DNA of 64,000 bases, taken from NCBI GenBank assembly GCA_964525555.1, contig CAZGHN010000006.1:74805-138804 (forward strand). Direction: 5' to 3'. Origin of the DNA: an uncultured bacterium. GTDB taxonomy: Bacteria; Hydrothermota; UBA3072. Made by a program: the position numbers and the translations under genes. The notes beneath the pieces are model-generated. The model worked only from the letters and a program-made list of their open reading frames with translations, was not told the origin of the DNA and did no database searches. Shown one piece after another: positions 28,971-38,794 of the stretch; position 1 is the stretch's first letter, and every line of letters starts with the position of its first letter.

Positions 28971-29060
28971 ATAGTCCTCCTTTTTTATTAATGAGTGTAA
29001 TAAGGGGTACCGAGTCTGTCAAGATGGGTTTAATTCTCACACTGAGACACAGAGACCAAA

Positions 29061-29204
29061 ATAGGATTAGAAGCAGTGCAAGTCAGCAGTTCTGGGATTA
29101 TGGATTAAGTGGTAAGTTAAAATTTAGTCCAAAGTCCAAGGTCCTAAGTCCAAAGTCTTGAGTCAAAACTAAATCCTAAATCCCAAATCCAAACCCCTAG
29201 TATT
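29061..29204. repeat. ~145-bp interspersed element (family R1, subtype ii)
   Basis: See 28204..28348. Confidence 0.75.
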
Positions 29205-29365
29205 GCCACAAAGTACACAAATAAAACAAAGATTTTTTTGTTTTAATTCAGAATTCATAGTTCAAAATTATCATCGTCCTTAATCCTGGCTTAACTTCTT
29301 GCTTTTCTTCTAATTACAAAACATTCCCCCCTTGCTCAAAGATTCAAAAAGAATATACTATTTAT

Positions 29366-30592
29366 ATGGAAAAGCTGTCTAATTTCGAGTTTTTTCTTGC
29401 TAAACGTTATATACGAATTAAAAAAGGCGAAGGTTTTAGGTCTTTGATTACTCTTTTTGCTGCAGGAGGAATCTGTCTTGGAGTTGCAACTCTTTTGGTC
29501 GTTTTATCCGTAATGAATGGTATGCAATCCGATCTTAAGCATAAGGTTCTTGGAGCGAGCGCTCCTTTAACGGTTTTAACTATTAATCAGGAAAATATAA
29601 AAGATTGGGAAAAGATTGCGGGCGACTTAAAAGAAAAAATACCTGAGATTCAGAATGCTACGCCATATATTTTTGAGAAAGCTCTTCTCAGATATGATAA
29701 AAGAACCGATGGAGCTATAATAAGAGGAGTAGATCCTGTTTCTTTTGGACTTGTTTCTGATATACCTAAGAATATAGAAGTCGGTGAATTTGATCTTTCG
29801 GGTAAGAGAGTTGTTCTTGGAAATTATCTTGCCAATCGCTTGTGGGCTCATGTAGGGGATACCATAACAATTTCATCTCCTTTTACTTCTGCGCCGACTC
29901 CCTTTGGGTTCCTTTTGCCTGCGGATGATTATATTCTGTCCGGAATATTCGATATGGGCATGTATGAATATAATGCTACACTCGCTATTATATCAGTTGA
30001 TAATGCGAGAAGGCTTTTTGGTATGAATGGGGTTTCGGGTATAGATTTTACTGTTGATGACCCCTATAAGGCTCCGGAACTTTCGATTGATATCGTTGCG
30101 GAGCTTGGATATCCTTATCGGGTGATTAATTGGATGGAAAGGAATAGAACTCTTCTTAGGGCTTTAGAAATCGAGAAAAAAGTAATGTTTATAATATTAA
30201 CTTTAATAATAATTGTTGCTGCTTTTAATATTATTTCTTCTTTGGTTCTTATCGTTCTAGGTAGAATGCGCGAAATAGGTATACTTAAAGCGCTCGGTTC
30301 TTCTTCTTCTTCAATTACAAGAATATTTCTTGTAGATGGGCTTATCGTTGGAGGTGGTGGTGCCCTTTTTGGTGTTTTAGTCGCCTTGATACTATGTTTT
30401 CTTCTTGGCAGGTATAAGTTTATCGATTTGCCTTCCGATATATATTTTCTTACAAAATTGCCTGTGGAAATGCAGTTATTCGATTTTCTTTTGGTATTTT
30501 TTTCTGCCATAATTTTATCTTTATTGGCAGCTTTATACCCGGCAAAGAAAGCCGCCAAACTTGACCCTGTGGAGGCGATCAGAAATGAGTGA
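29366..30592 (+). CDS. lipoprotein-releasing ABC transporter permease, LolC/LolE family
   Basis: FtsX-like permease with N-terminal TM, periplasmic domain and C-terminal three-TM bundle; paired with LolD-like ATPase. Confidence 0.75.
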   Translation: MEKLSNFEFFLAKRYIRIKKGEGFRSLITLFAAGGICLGVATLLVVLSVMNGMQSDLKHKVLGASAPLTVLTINQENIKDWEKIAGDLKEKIPEIQNATPYIFEKALLRYDKRTDGAIIRGVDPVSFGLVSDIPKNIEVGEFDLSGKRVVLGNYLANRLWAHVGDTITISSPFTSAPTPFGFLLPADDYILSGIFDMGMYEYNATLAIISVDNARRLFGMNGVSGIDFTVDDPYKAPELSIDIVAELGYPYRVINWMERNRTLLRALEIEKKVMFIILTLIIIVAAFNIISSLVLIVLGRMREIGILKALGSSSSSITRIFLVDGLIVGGGGALFGVLVALILCFLLGRYKFIDLPSDIYFLTKLPVEMQLFDFLLVFFSAIILSLLAALYPAKKAAKLDPVEAIRNE

Positions 30593-31271
30593 GATTATAA
30601 TATCTCTAAAAGACGTAAGTAAAGGTTTTCTTTCCGGAGCCGAAGAAATATCTGTTCTAAAAAGTGTAAATTTGGAAGTATGTAGAGGAGATTTTATAAC
30701 AATAAGCGGGCCATCGGGTTCAGGTAAGAGTACGCTTCTTCATATTTTGGGAGGACTTTTGCATCCTGATGAAGGAAATGTTTTACTTGAAGGTAAATCT
30801 TTGTATGATTATAAGGATAGAACACTTGCAAATATAAGAAATGAGAAGATAGGATTTATTTTTCAGTTTCATCACCTTCTCCTCGATTTTACAGTTGTTG
30901 AAAATTTGGCTATACCTCTTTTAATAAAAGGGGTAACTTTTAAGGAAGCTTACAAACAAGCAGAAAATTTACTTCTTCGCGTTGATCTTTCTTCCAGGAT
31001 GTATGCGAAACCTAGGACGCTATCAGGTGGAGAGAGGCAGCGAGTAGCGGTTCTTCGAGCTATTATAAACAATCCTTTGCTTTTACTTGCGGATGAGCCT
31101 ACTGGTGATTTGGATATGGCACATGCGGATGTGGTTTTAGATATGTTGACTCAAATCCATAAGGATAAAGGCATGACAGTTATACTTGTTAGTCATAATC
31201 AAAGGGTTGCAAAAATGGGACAAAAAACTTATAATTTACTTAAAGGGAAATTGAAAAAGAATGAAGTGTGA
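30585..31271 (+). CDS. lolD: lipoprotein-releasing ABC transporter ATP-binding protein
   Basis: Walker A GPSGSGKST, ABC signature LSGGERQRV, Walker B LLLADEPTGDLD; ATG 30585 overlaps permease stop. Confidence 0.8.
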   Translation: MSEIIISLKDVSKGFLSGAEEISVLKSVNLEVCRGDFITISGPSGSGKSTLLHILGGLLHPDEGNVLLEGKSLYDYKDRTLANIRNEKIGFIFQFHHLLLDFTVVENLAIPLLIKGVTFKEAYKQAENLLLRVDLSSRMYAKPRTLSGGERQRVAVLRAIINNPLLLLADEPTGDLDMAHADVVLDMLTQIHKDKGMTVILVSHNQRVAKMGQKTYNLLKGKLKKNEV

Positions 31272-31728
31272 TTTATGCGGAGCTAATGTAGCAAAATATA
31301 AATATTACGAAGTGGACTCTGATAAAGTTCGGGAAATAAACATTTGTGAACAGTGTGCCAGGGAAAAGGGAGTTGACGTTAAAAATAAAGATGATGTTAC
31401 GGAGATTAAAGACAAGGTGTGTCCAACTTGCGGATTGACTTTCTTTGAATATAAAAATTCTGGAAAGTTGGGATGTGTCGATTGCTATAAAGTTTTTTAT
31501 GATCAGGTTAAAACTTATCTGAAAGAGTTTCAATTGGGTGTTAATCACAAAGGTAAAGAACCAGTCAGAAATACAAAAGTCCTTTCTGTTAAAAAAGAAA
31601 TTTTGGAAATGAAGAAACAATTAGAAGATTATGTTGAAAGCGAGAAATTCGAAGAAGCGGTAAAGTTAAGAGATCAGATTGAAGAAAGAAAAGAAGAGCT
31701 TAAAACTATAAGGGGCAAAAATGATTGA
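31261..31728 (+). CDS. mcsA: McsA-like zinc-finger/UVR-domain protein
   Basis: Paired CxxC motifs (CDLCG...CEQC; CPTCG...CVDC) and C-terminal UVR-like helix; upstream of mcsB. Confidence 0.65.
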   Translation: MKCDLCGANVAKYKYYEVDSDKVREINICEQCAREKGVDVKNKDDVTEIKDKVCPTCGLTFFEYKNSGKLGCVDCYKVFYDQVKTYLKEFQLGVNHKGKEPVRNTKVLSVKKEILEMKKQLEDYVESEKFEEAVKLRDQIEERKEELKTIRGKND

Positions 31729-32761
31729 TTCTCTTGTTACTCGTTTCCCTGCCTGGCTTAAAAGAATTGGGCCTTATTCCGAGATGATACTGTTTTCCAA
31801 AATTTCTTTATATCGTAATCTTGGAGGATATAAGTTTAACAGTAAGACAACCGAAAAGGAAAAGGAAGAAATACTAAATTTCCTCTTTGAAGGTATATCT
31901 ACCCTTTCTTATTTTGAGAATTTTATTACTTTGAAAGATTTGAAAGAAAATGAAAAGGATTTTTTTATAGAAAGGAATTTTATAAAAAGAGAGGAGTCTA
32001 ATAAATTCGGGCAACTTGGTTTGGTTATAAATGATTCTCAAAACAGTGTACTTGTATTGAATTCAGACGAGCATCTTGAAATTTCTTCGGTGTTTTCTGA
32101 ATTGTCAATCAAAGAAGCTTATAATCAATGTGATGGTTTAGACGATGAACTTAACGAAGAATTTAGTTTTGCTTATGATAATGAATTAGGTTTTTTGACT
32201 TCATCAACCGATAAAGTCGGGACAGGCATGAAAATTTCCACCGTAGTTCATCTGCCGGCGCTTGTCATTACTGGTAAATTTGTGGATGTTATTGACGATC
32301 TTGAAGATTCTCTTTTTTCAATAGAGGGAGTTTTTAACATAGGTGAAAACGTGGAAGGGAGTTATTTTAAGATAAGCAACAAATTTACTCTGGGTGTCTC
32401 AGAAGAGGAAATACTAAAATTGTTTGAGAACAAGATTAAAGCTATAATTAAAGATGAAGTTGATAGCAGAGAGTATTTAACTCAGAAAGTCGGATATGAG
32501 ACTGAAGACAAAATTTGGAGATCTTATGGTATTCTTAAGAATGCAAGAATTTTATCGGTTACCGATTTTCTTAATTTGACATCGGCTGTAAGGCTCGGGA
32601 CTAGTTTAGGCATTATAAGAGATATTAGTATTGTGAATTTGAACGAATGGCTTTTTCAGGGCCTTCCCGGACACTTAAGGGTTCTAAATGAAGATGTTAG
32701 CAATGAAAAAGAAGAGAATATTCTTAGAGCCAAACTTATAAGAAATTATTTGGGAGGATAA
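31721..32761 (+). CDS. mcsB: protein-arginine kinase (ATP:guanido phosphotransferase)
   Basis: Phosphagen-kinase motifs DEHLEI and VGTGMKISTVVHLP. Confidence 0.75.
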   Translation: MIDSLVTRFPAWLKRIGPYSEMILFSKISLYRNLGGYKFNSKTTEKEKEEILNFLFEGISTLSYFENFITLKDLKENEKDFFIERNFIKREESNKFGQLGLVINDSQNSVLVLNSDEHLEISSVFSELSIKEAYNQCDGLDDELNEEFSFAYDNELGFLTSSTDKVGTGMKISTVVHLPALVITGKFVDVIDDLEDSLFSIEGVFNIGENVEGSYFKISNKFTLGVSEEEILKLFENKIKAIIKDEVDSREYLTQKVGYETEDKIWRSYGILKNARILSVTDFLNLTSAVRLGTSLGIIRDISIVNLNEWLFQGLPGHLRVLNEDVSNEKEENILRAKLIRNYLGG

Positions 32762-32765
32762 GAAT

Positions 32766-35216
32766 ATGTTTGGAGATGAAAAGTTTACGAAGAAATTGAT
32801 AGATGTGGTAAAATTAGCGAAAGACTTAGCTCAGGAATTCGGAGTAAAAGAAGTAACACCGGTTATTCTTTTACTTGCGATATTGAAACACGGAAACAAT
32901 ATTGCGATTACCGTTATCGAAGAAGTTGGAGTAGATATTGAATTGCTTGAAAATCGTGTTTTAAGAATTGTTAGCGGAAGCGGTGAGGTTTTAATTGCAG
33001 AGCAGCCAATGGGTTTGTCAGAGGATTCCCTTAATATTCTCGAACAAGCGAAAGAAGAGGCTATGATGCTTGGCAGGCAGATAATAGGTACAGAACACCT
33101 TCTTCTTGCGTTGCTTAAGGCTAGGGAAGAGGCATTTATAGAAGTGTTAAAGCCAGAAGAATTGGATTACTATTTGGCTAAACAAATGCTCCTTGATCTT
33201 TTTGATAAGGAAAGAATAAGCGATAAAAATAAAGAAAAGCCAAAATCCTCTGTTGATAGGGCGCTGGAATTTTATACGAGAGATCTTACCGAGCTTGCCA
33301 GAAAGGGAAAAATTGACCCTATCATTGGCAGGAAGGGCGAGATGGAACGGGTTATACAGACCTTATGCAGGAGAAAAAAGAATAATCCGGTCCTCGTCGG
33401 CGAGCCGGGTGTAGGAAAAACCGCTATTGTCGAAGGACTTGCTCAGAGAATTGTCTCCGGTTCCATACCTAAGATGTTACAGGGTAAGAAGATACTCTCT
33501 ATGGATCTCGCTTCAGTCATTGCCGGTACAAAATATCGTGGTCAATTTGAAAAGAGATTGAAACAAATTTTAGAATCTTTGAAAGATTCTGAAAACATTC
33601 TTTTTATCGATGAGATGCATACAATTGTTGGGGCGGGTGCAGCTGAGGGAGCCATAGATGCTTCTAATATGTTGAAGCCAATTCTTGCAAGAGGTGAGAT
33701 ACAGACTATTGGAGCTACTACAACTGAGGAATACAGGAAGTATATTGAGAAGGATGGCGCTCTGGAAAGAAGATTGCAGATGATTCTTATTGACCCTCCG
33801 ACTATAGATGAGACAATAGATATACTGGATGGTATTAAGCGCAAATATGAAGATTTTCATAAGGTTACTTATCCAGGTGAGGTTATTAAATCCGCAGTAA
33901 AGCTTTCCTGTCAGTATATAACAGACAGAAATCTTCCTGATAAAGCTATTGATGTTTTGGATGAGACGGGAGCTAAAGTGAGGTTAAGGGAGACAAAGGT
34001 TCCGGAAGAGATAGTAAAACTGGAGGCAGAACTCAGAGACGTAAAGGAAGAACTTATTAGGGTTAGGGAAGAGGGGAAATATGAAGTTGCGATTGAGTTA
34101 CGTGACAGAAGGGATGATATTGAAAAGAAATTAGAGGAAAGTCTGGAAGATTGGGGTAGATACGAGGGACTCAAACAGGTTAATGTCACCGAAGATGATA
34201 TAAGAGAAGTAATTTCTCTTTGGACTGGAATTCCTCTTAAGCGTCTCAGAGAAGAAGAAACAGAACGGCTTCTTTCTATGGAAGATGAAATTAAAAAAAG
34301 ACTTGTCGGACAGGATGAAGCGATCAGAGTTGTTTCTAAAGCAATCAGGAGAAGTAGGGCTGGTTTACGCGATTTAAGAAGGCCCTTAGGTGCTTTTCTA
34401 TTTCTTGGTCCTACGGGAGTGGGAAAAACCGAATTGGCTAAGCAGCTTGCCAAATTCCTTTTTAGTACAGAAGAAGCGCTTGTTAGAATAGATATGAGTG
34501 AATATATGGAGAGGTTTAATGTCTCTAAATTGATAGGAGCTCCTCCTGGATATGTAGGGTATGATGAAGGGGGTGTTTTAACTGAAGCTGTTAGAAGAAG
34601 ACCTTATTCTGTAATTCTTTTGGATGAGATAGAAAAATCTCATCCGGATGTCTATAACATTCTACTTCAGGTTTTTGATGAGGGTATGCTTACTGACGCT
34701 TATGGTAGAAAAGTTTCTTTTAAGAATACTGTTATAATTATGACATCGAATATAGGTACAAAAGAAATAATGCGCGGGGCGCATGTTGGCTTTAAAAAAC
34801 CTGATAAAAATGTTAAATACAAGGAGATGAAAGAATATCTTCTTGAAGAAATTAAAGAAAAATTCAATCCTGAATTTCTAAATAGGATTGATGAGAGTAT
34901 TGTTTTTCGTTCTCTTGATAAAGATATAATGTCTTCAATAGTTGATATATTTTTCAACGAAATAAGGGAAAGAGTTGAGGAAAAAGGTTTTGAAATTTCC
35001 CTTACGGATGAAGCAAAAGAATTTCTTATTGAAAAAGGTTTTGATCCCGAGTATGGGGCCAGGCCTTTAAAAAGAATCCTGCAAAGAAGTTTAGAAGACA
35101 AATTAGCAGAAGGGTTCTTAAAGGGAAAATGGGAAAAAGGAAATAAAATTGTTGTTTCAAGAGAGGAAAATGATTTAATTTTCTTCTCATCCCGTTCTGT
35201 AGCAGAAGTCATGTAA
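32766..35216 (+). CDS. clpC: ATP-dependent Clp protease ATP-binding subunit ClpC
   Basis: Clp_N repeats, two AAA+ modules ([15 protein letters not shown]; [12 protein letters not shown]), UVR linker. Confidence 0.85.
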   Translation: MFGDEKFTKKLIDVVKLAKDLAQEFGVKEVTPVILLLAILKHGNNIAITVIEEVGVDIELLENRVLRIVSGSGEVLIAEQPMGLSEDSLNILEQAKEEAMMLGRQIIGTEHLLLALLKAREEAFIEVLKPEELDYYLAKQMLLDLFDKERISDKNKEKPKSSVDRALEFYTRDLTELARKGKIDPIIGRKGEMERVIQTLCRRKKNNPVLVGEPGVGKTAIVEGLAQRIVSGSIPKMLQGKKILSMDLASVIAGTKYRGQFEKRLKQILESLKDSENILFIDEMHTIVGAGAAEGAIDASNMLKPILARGEIQTIGATTTEEYRKYIEKDGALERRLQMILIDPPTIDETIDILDGIKRKYEDFHKVTYPGEVIKSAVKLSCQYITDRNLPDKAIDVLDETGAKVRLRETKVPEEIVKLEAELRDVKEELIRVREEGKYEVAIELRDRRDDIEKKLEESLEDWGRYEGLKQVNVTEDDIREVISLWTGIPLKRLREEETERLLSMEDEIKKRLVGQDEAIRVVSKAIRRSRAGLRDLRRPLGAFLFLGPTGVGKTELAKQLAKFLFSTEEALVRIDMSEYMERFNVSKLIGAPPGYVGYDEGGVLTEAVRRRPYSVILLDEIEKSHPDVYNILLQVFDEGMLTDAYGRKVSFKNTVIIMTSNIGTKEIMRGAHVGFKKPDKNVKYKEMKEYLLEEIKEKFNPEFLNRIDESIVFRSLDKDIMSSIVDIFFNEIRERVEEKGFEISLTDEAKEFLIEKGFDPEYGARPLKRILQRSLEDKLAEGFLKGKWEKGNKIVVSREENDLIFFSSRSVAEVM

Positions 35217-35222
35217 TTTTAT

Positions 35223-36005
35223 ATGGGGAAAAGCATCTCAATCGTTAACCAGAAAGGTGGTGTAGGTAAAACAACTACTGCAGTTAATCTAGCCGCAGCA
35301 CTTGCTCTATATAATCAACGCTCTCTCATAATTGATATGGACCCACAGGCAAATGCTACTAGTGGGTTGGGTTTTACAGGTGTAACCCCAACTATTTATG
35401 ATGTCCTCGTGAAGGGAAGAAATCCGCAAAGTGTTATAAAAAAGACAGATGTCAAAAATCTTGATATTATTTCCTCGGATATTTCTCTTGTCGGAGCAGA
35501 GGTTGAACTTGTAGATGTCAGAGGAAGGGAAATGCAGCTAAAACGAAAGATTATGCCTCTAAAGAGGTATTATGATTTTATTTTAATTGATTCTCCGCCT
35601 TCACTTGGTTTGCTAACAGTAAATGCTCTTGTAAGCGCAGATTCTGTTTTGATCCCAATCCAGGCAGAATTTTATGCAATGGAAGGCTTAAGTAAACTTT
35701 TAAATACCGTAAGGAGTATTCAGCGCGAGTTGAATTCAAGGCTGACTATTGAGGGTGTACTTCTTACACTATTCGATACAAGATTGAATCTTGCTCATGA
35801 TGTTACTGATGAAGTTTGTAAATATTTTGGTGATAAAGTGTATGAGGTTATAATTCCCAGGAATGTTAAATTGGCGGAAGCTCCAAGTTATGGAAAACAC
35901 ATCTTTGATTATGATCTAAAATCCAGAGGGGCTGATGTTTATAGAAGATTAGCAGAAGAAGTTATGAGGAGAAATGGCAAGACGGGCGCTTGGCAAAGGA
36001 TTTGA
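35223..36005 (+). CDS. parA: chromosome partitioning ATPase ParA/Soj
   Basis: Deviant Walker A KGGVGKTTTAVNLA. Confidence 0.85.
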   Translation: MGKSISIVNQKGGVGKTTTAVNLAAALALYNQRSLIIDMDPQANATSGLGFTGVTPTIYDVLVKGRNPQSVIKKTDVKNLDIISSDISLVGAEVELVDVRGREMQLKRKIMPLKRYYDFILIDSPPSLGLLTVNALVSADSVLIPIQAEFYAMEGLSKLLNTVRSIQRELNSRLTIEGVLLTLFDTRLNLAHDVTDEVCKYFGDKVYEVIIPRNVKLAEAPSYGKHIFDYDLKSRGADVYRRLAEEVMRRNGKTGAWQRI

Positions 36006-36783
36006 TGCTCTTATTCCTACTGTAGAGGAAGATAAAATCCCGGTAGGGGAAATATTTCACTCTCCCTTACAGCCCAGAAGAAAAATAAATGAAGAGGATT
36101 TAAAGGATCTCATAGCTTCCATAAAACAGAACGGAATTTTGCAGCCTGTTTTACTGAGGAGAGTTGAAGACGGCAGGTGTGAGTTGGTTTACGGACACCG
36201 GCGTTTTGAGGCAGCAAAAAAGGCTGGGCTAAAAGAAATCCCTGCTGTTTTTAGAAGACTCTCTGATAGAGAAGTATTGGAGATTGCAATAATTGAGAAT
36301 GTACAAAGAGAAGATTTAAATCCTATTGAAGAAGCTGATGCTTATTATAACTTGAATGTAGAATTTAATCTTACGCAGGAGGAAATTGCCGAAAGAGTTG
36401 GAAAAGCAAGAACTACAATAACCAATAAGATGAGATTGCTAACGCTACCCGAAGAGGTTAAGAAAGCTTTATACGATAATAAGATAACTGAAGGACATGC
36501 AAGAGCACTTCTTGCTTTAAAAGATAAGAATAGAATTTTAAAGGAACTGAATAATATAATAAAAGGTGAGAAGACAGTAAGAGAAGCAGAGAGGGCATCC
36601 GGAGTAAAAAAGAAAAGAATAGAGTTGCCTTCTAAATATAAAGAATTAAGAGAAGAGCTTATGCATTTATTTAATACTGATGTTAAAATAAAAACAGGTA
36701 AAAAAAAGAATCAATTAATAATAGAGTTTTATTCTGATGAAGATTTGGAGAGAATATACAATTTAATAAAGGGCAAAAAATAA
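35974..36783 (+). CDS. parB: chromosome partitioning protein ParB/Spo0J
   Basis: ParB box GHRRFEAAK and HTH region. Confidence 0.85.
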   Translation: MARRALGKGFDALIPTVEEDKIPVGEIFHSPLQPRRKINEEDLKDLIASIKQNGILQPVLLRRVEDGRCELVYGHRRFEAAKKAGLKEIPAVFRRLSDREVLEIAIIENVQREDLNPIEEADAYYNLNVEFNLTQEEIAERVGKARTTITNKMRLLTLPEEVKKALYDNKITEGHARALLALKDKNRILKELNNIIKGEKTVREAERASGVKKKRIELPSKYKELREELMHLFNTDVKIKTGKKKNQLIIEFYSDEDLERIYNLIKGKK

Positions 36784-36913
36784 AAATCAAAAAAGATCTT
36801 AAAATACATTAACCACAGAGAACACAGAGGAATTAATTGTGATAAAAAAGAGAGAAACACCGGGAACACAGAGAAAAAACAAAAAGTTAATTAGTAATAT
36901 TATGATAGGTTAG

Positions 36914-37693
36914 GTGATGGGTATGAGGAAGTATACGATACAATTTATTCCTGAAAATGGTGATGTTAAAGAAATTCATCTATCTGGGAAAGTTATTGTT
37001 GTGCTTGGTATTGTTTCTTTTTTGATAATAGCTACCATTCTATATTTTTCTATAAATATTGGAAGATTGGCAGTAAATAAAATGGAATATAGTTTATTGA
37101 AGAATAGAGTTGCTAATCTTGAAAATAGAGGTCTGGAAATAGAGAAATTGAACAATAGAATAAAAAAATTCTATGATATTGCCGATAAATTGAATAAAGC
37201 ACTCGGTCTTGAAATTTCTCTTGAGGAGTTTTATAAGGCGGAGGAGGAGAAATTTACCTCAATAGAATCTTATAAGACAGATGAAATCGGCTCGTTAAAG
37301 GATGAAGCAGAGCGTTTACAGGATTTTGTGCCTAACATACTACCCACAGAAGAAGGATGGATAAGTAAAAGATTTTCTACGGACCATAAAGCAATAGATA
37401 TATCTTTAAAAGAAGGTACATCTATTTATTCTACTATGGAGGGTTCTGTTACTTTTGTGGGTGATAGAGAATATCTTGGATTAACGTTAGAAATAAATAA
37501 TGATGAGGGTTTTGCAATAAGGTTAAGTCATCTAAGTGAAGTTTTAGTTAAAAATGGACAAGAGGTCAAGAAAAACCAGCTGGTTGCTCTTTCTGGAAAT
37601 ACCGGAAGAAGTGATGCTCCTCATCTACACTATGGTTTACAAATGCAAGGGAAATGGGTTGACCCAATTAATTATTTACTTATTAGGAGGTAA
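36914..37693 (+). CDS. M23/LytM-family peptidase with N-terminal TM and coiled coil
   Basis: Catalytic region ...DAPHLHYGLQMQGKWVDP. Confidence 0.75.
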   Translation: MMGMRKYTIQFIPENGDVKEIHLSGKVIVVLGIVSFLIIATILYFSINIGRLAVNKMEYSLLKNRVANLENRGLEIEKLNNRIKKFYDIADKLNKALGLEISLEEFYKAEEEKFTSIESYKTDEIGSLKDEAERLQDFVPNILPTEEGWISKRFSTDHKAIDISLKEGTSIYSTMEGSVTFVGDREYLGLTLEINNDEGFAIRLSHLSEVLVKNGQEVKKNQLVALSGNTGRSDAPHLHYGLQMQGKWVDPINYLLIRR

Positions 37694-37695
37694 AT

Positions 37696-38058
37696 ATGCG
37701 ACAAGATGCAATAATGAATGTTTTCCATAAGGGTTCCACTGTTGATGGTAAAATAAGAATAAACGGATCTATACGAATAGATGGAAAACTAAAGGGAGAA
37801 GTTGAAGCGACAGATGCTGTCATTATAGGTGAAACAGGGATTATTGAAGGAGATATAAAAGCAAAGGAAGCAAATATTTCCGGTAAGTGCACAGGTCGTA
37901 TTGTGATTGAAAACTGTGTTCTTCTTCATGCTTCAGCTGAAATAAATGGGGATATCAAGTGTAAGAAATTAGTGGTCGATGAAGGTGTTACTATTGACGG
38001 TAATATAACTATGAGAGATAAGAGTAGGAATGTCCCGGAAGAAAAAGGAAAAATATAA
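37696..38058 (+). CDS. bactofilin (polymer-forming cytoskeletal protein)
   Basis: Beta-helical repeat pattern G.I.G.I...G typical of bactofilins. Confidence 0.7.
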   Translation: MRQDAIMNVFHKGSTVDGKIRINGSIRIDGKLKGEVEATDAVIIGETGIIEGDIKAKEANISGKCTGRIVIENCVLLHASAEINGDIKCKKLVVDEGVTIDGNITMRDKSRNVPEEKGKI

Positions 38059-38743
38059 TATTCGTCCGGTAGAAATTAAAGTTAACTATCTAAAGCTGGT
38101 TCCTGCTTCGGTATTGATAGAACAGGGGAATACTATTGTTCTAGTTTCTTCCACTCTTACTGATTCCGTGCCTACTTTTTTGAAAGGTTTGGGGCAAGGG
38201 TGGTTAACAGCTCAATATGGTATGCTGCCGAAAAGCTCTAACTCGAGATTAAATAGAGAAAGAAGCGGATTATCCGGAAGAAGTTATGAAATTCAACGAT
38301 TAATTGGAAGAGCGTTAAGACAGGCATTTAATTTGGAAGTCCTGGGAGAAAAGACTATTATTCTTGATTGTGATGTAATTCAGGCGGATGGAGGAACAAG
38401 AACAGCATCGATAACGGCTGGAATGGTGTCGGTTTATGAGCTTTTCCGTCAAATGGTTGAAATGAAGGAAATCAAAAAGATACCTATTAAACGTTGGATT
38501 GCAGCTATTTCGGGCGGTATAGTTAACGGTAAAATATTGCTGGACCTTAATTTCGAAGAAGATTCGAATGCGGATGCCGATATTAATCTTGCTATGGATG
38601 AAGACGGTAGAGTGATTGAGATTCAGGGAACTGCAGAAAGAAGTTCTTTTAGTTCAGAGCAACTTAATGAATTAATTGAGGTTGGTAAACAAGGAATAAA
38701 GGAACTCATTGCCAAGCAAAAAGAATCGCTCGGCTTAAAATAA
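38030..38743 (+). CDS. rph: ribonuclease PH
   Basis: N-terminal region aligns with RNase PH; DGGTRTASIT motif. Confidence 0.85.
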   Translation: MSRKKKEKYNIRPVEIKVNYLKLVPASVLIEQGNTIVLVSSTLTDSVPTFLKGLGQGWLTAQYGMLPKSSNSRLNRERSGLSGRSYEIQRLIGRALRQAFNLEVLGEKTIILDCDVIQADGGTRTASITAGMVSVYELFRQMVEMKEIKKIPIKRWIAAISGGIVNGKILLDLNFEEDSNADADINLAMDEDGRVIEIQGTAERSSFSSEQLNELIEVGKQGIKELIAKQKESLGLK

Positions 38744-38794
38744 GTTTCGAGTTACAAGTTTTGTGTTTCGTGTTTAATTTTCTATTCTTTATAT

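Noticed and set aside
22659-29204. R1 elements as CRISPR repeats or tRNA-like genes
   Set aside because: Only single copies at each site with no regular repeat-spacer periodicity; AGTGGTAG resembles a D-loop but no T-loop (GTTCGAATCC-like) or cloverleaf is present
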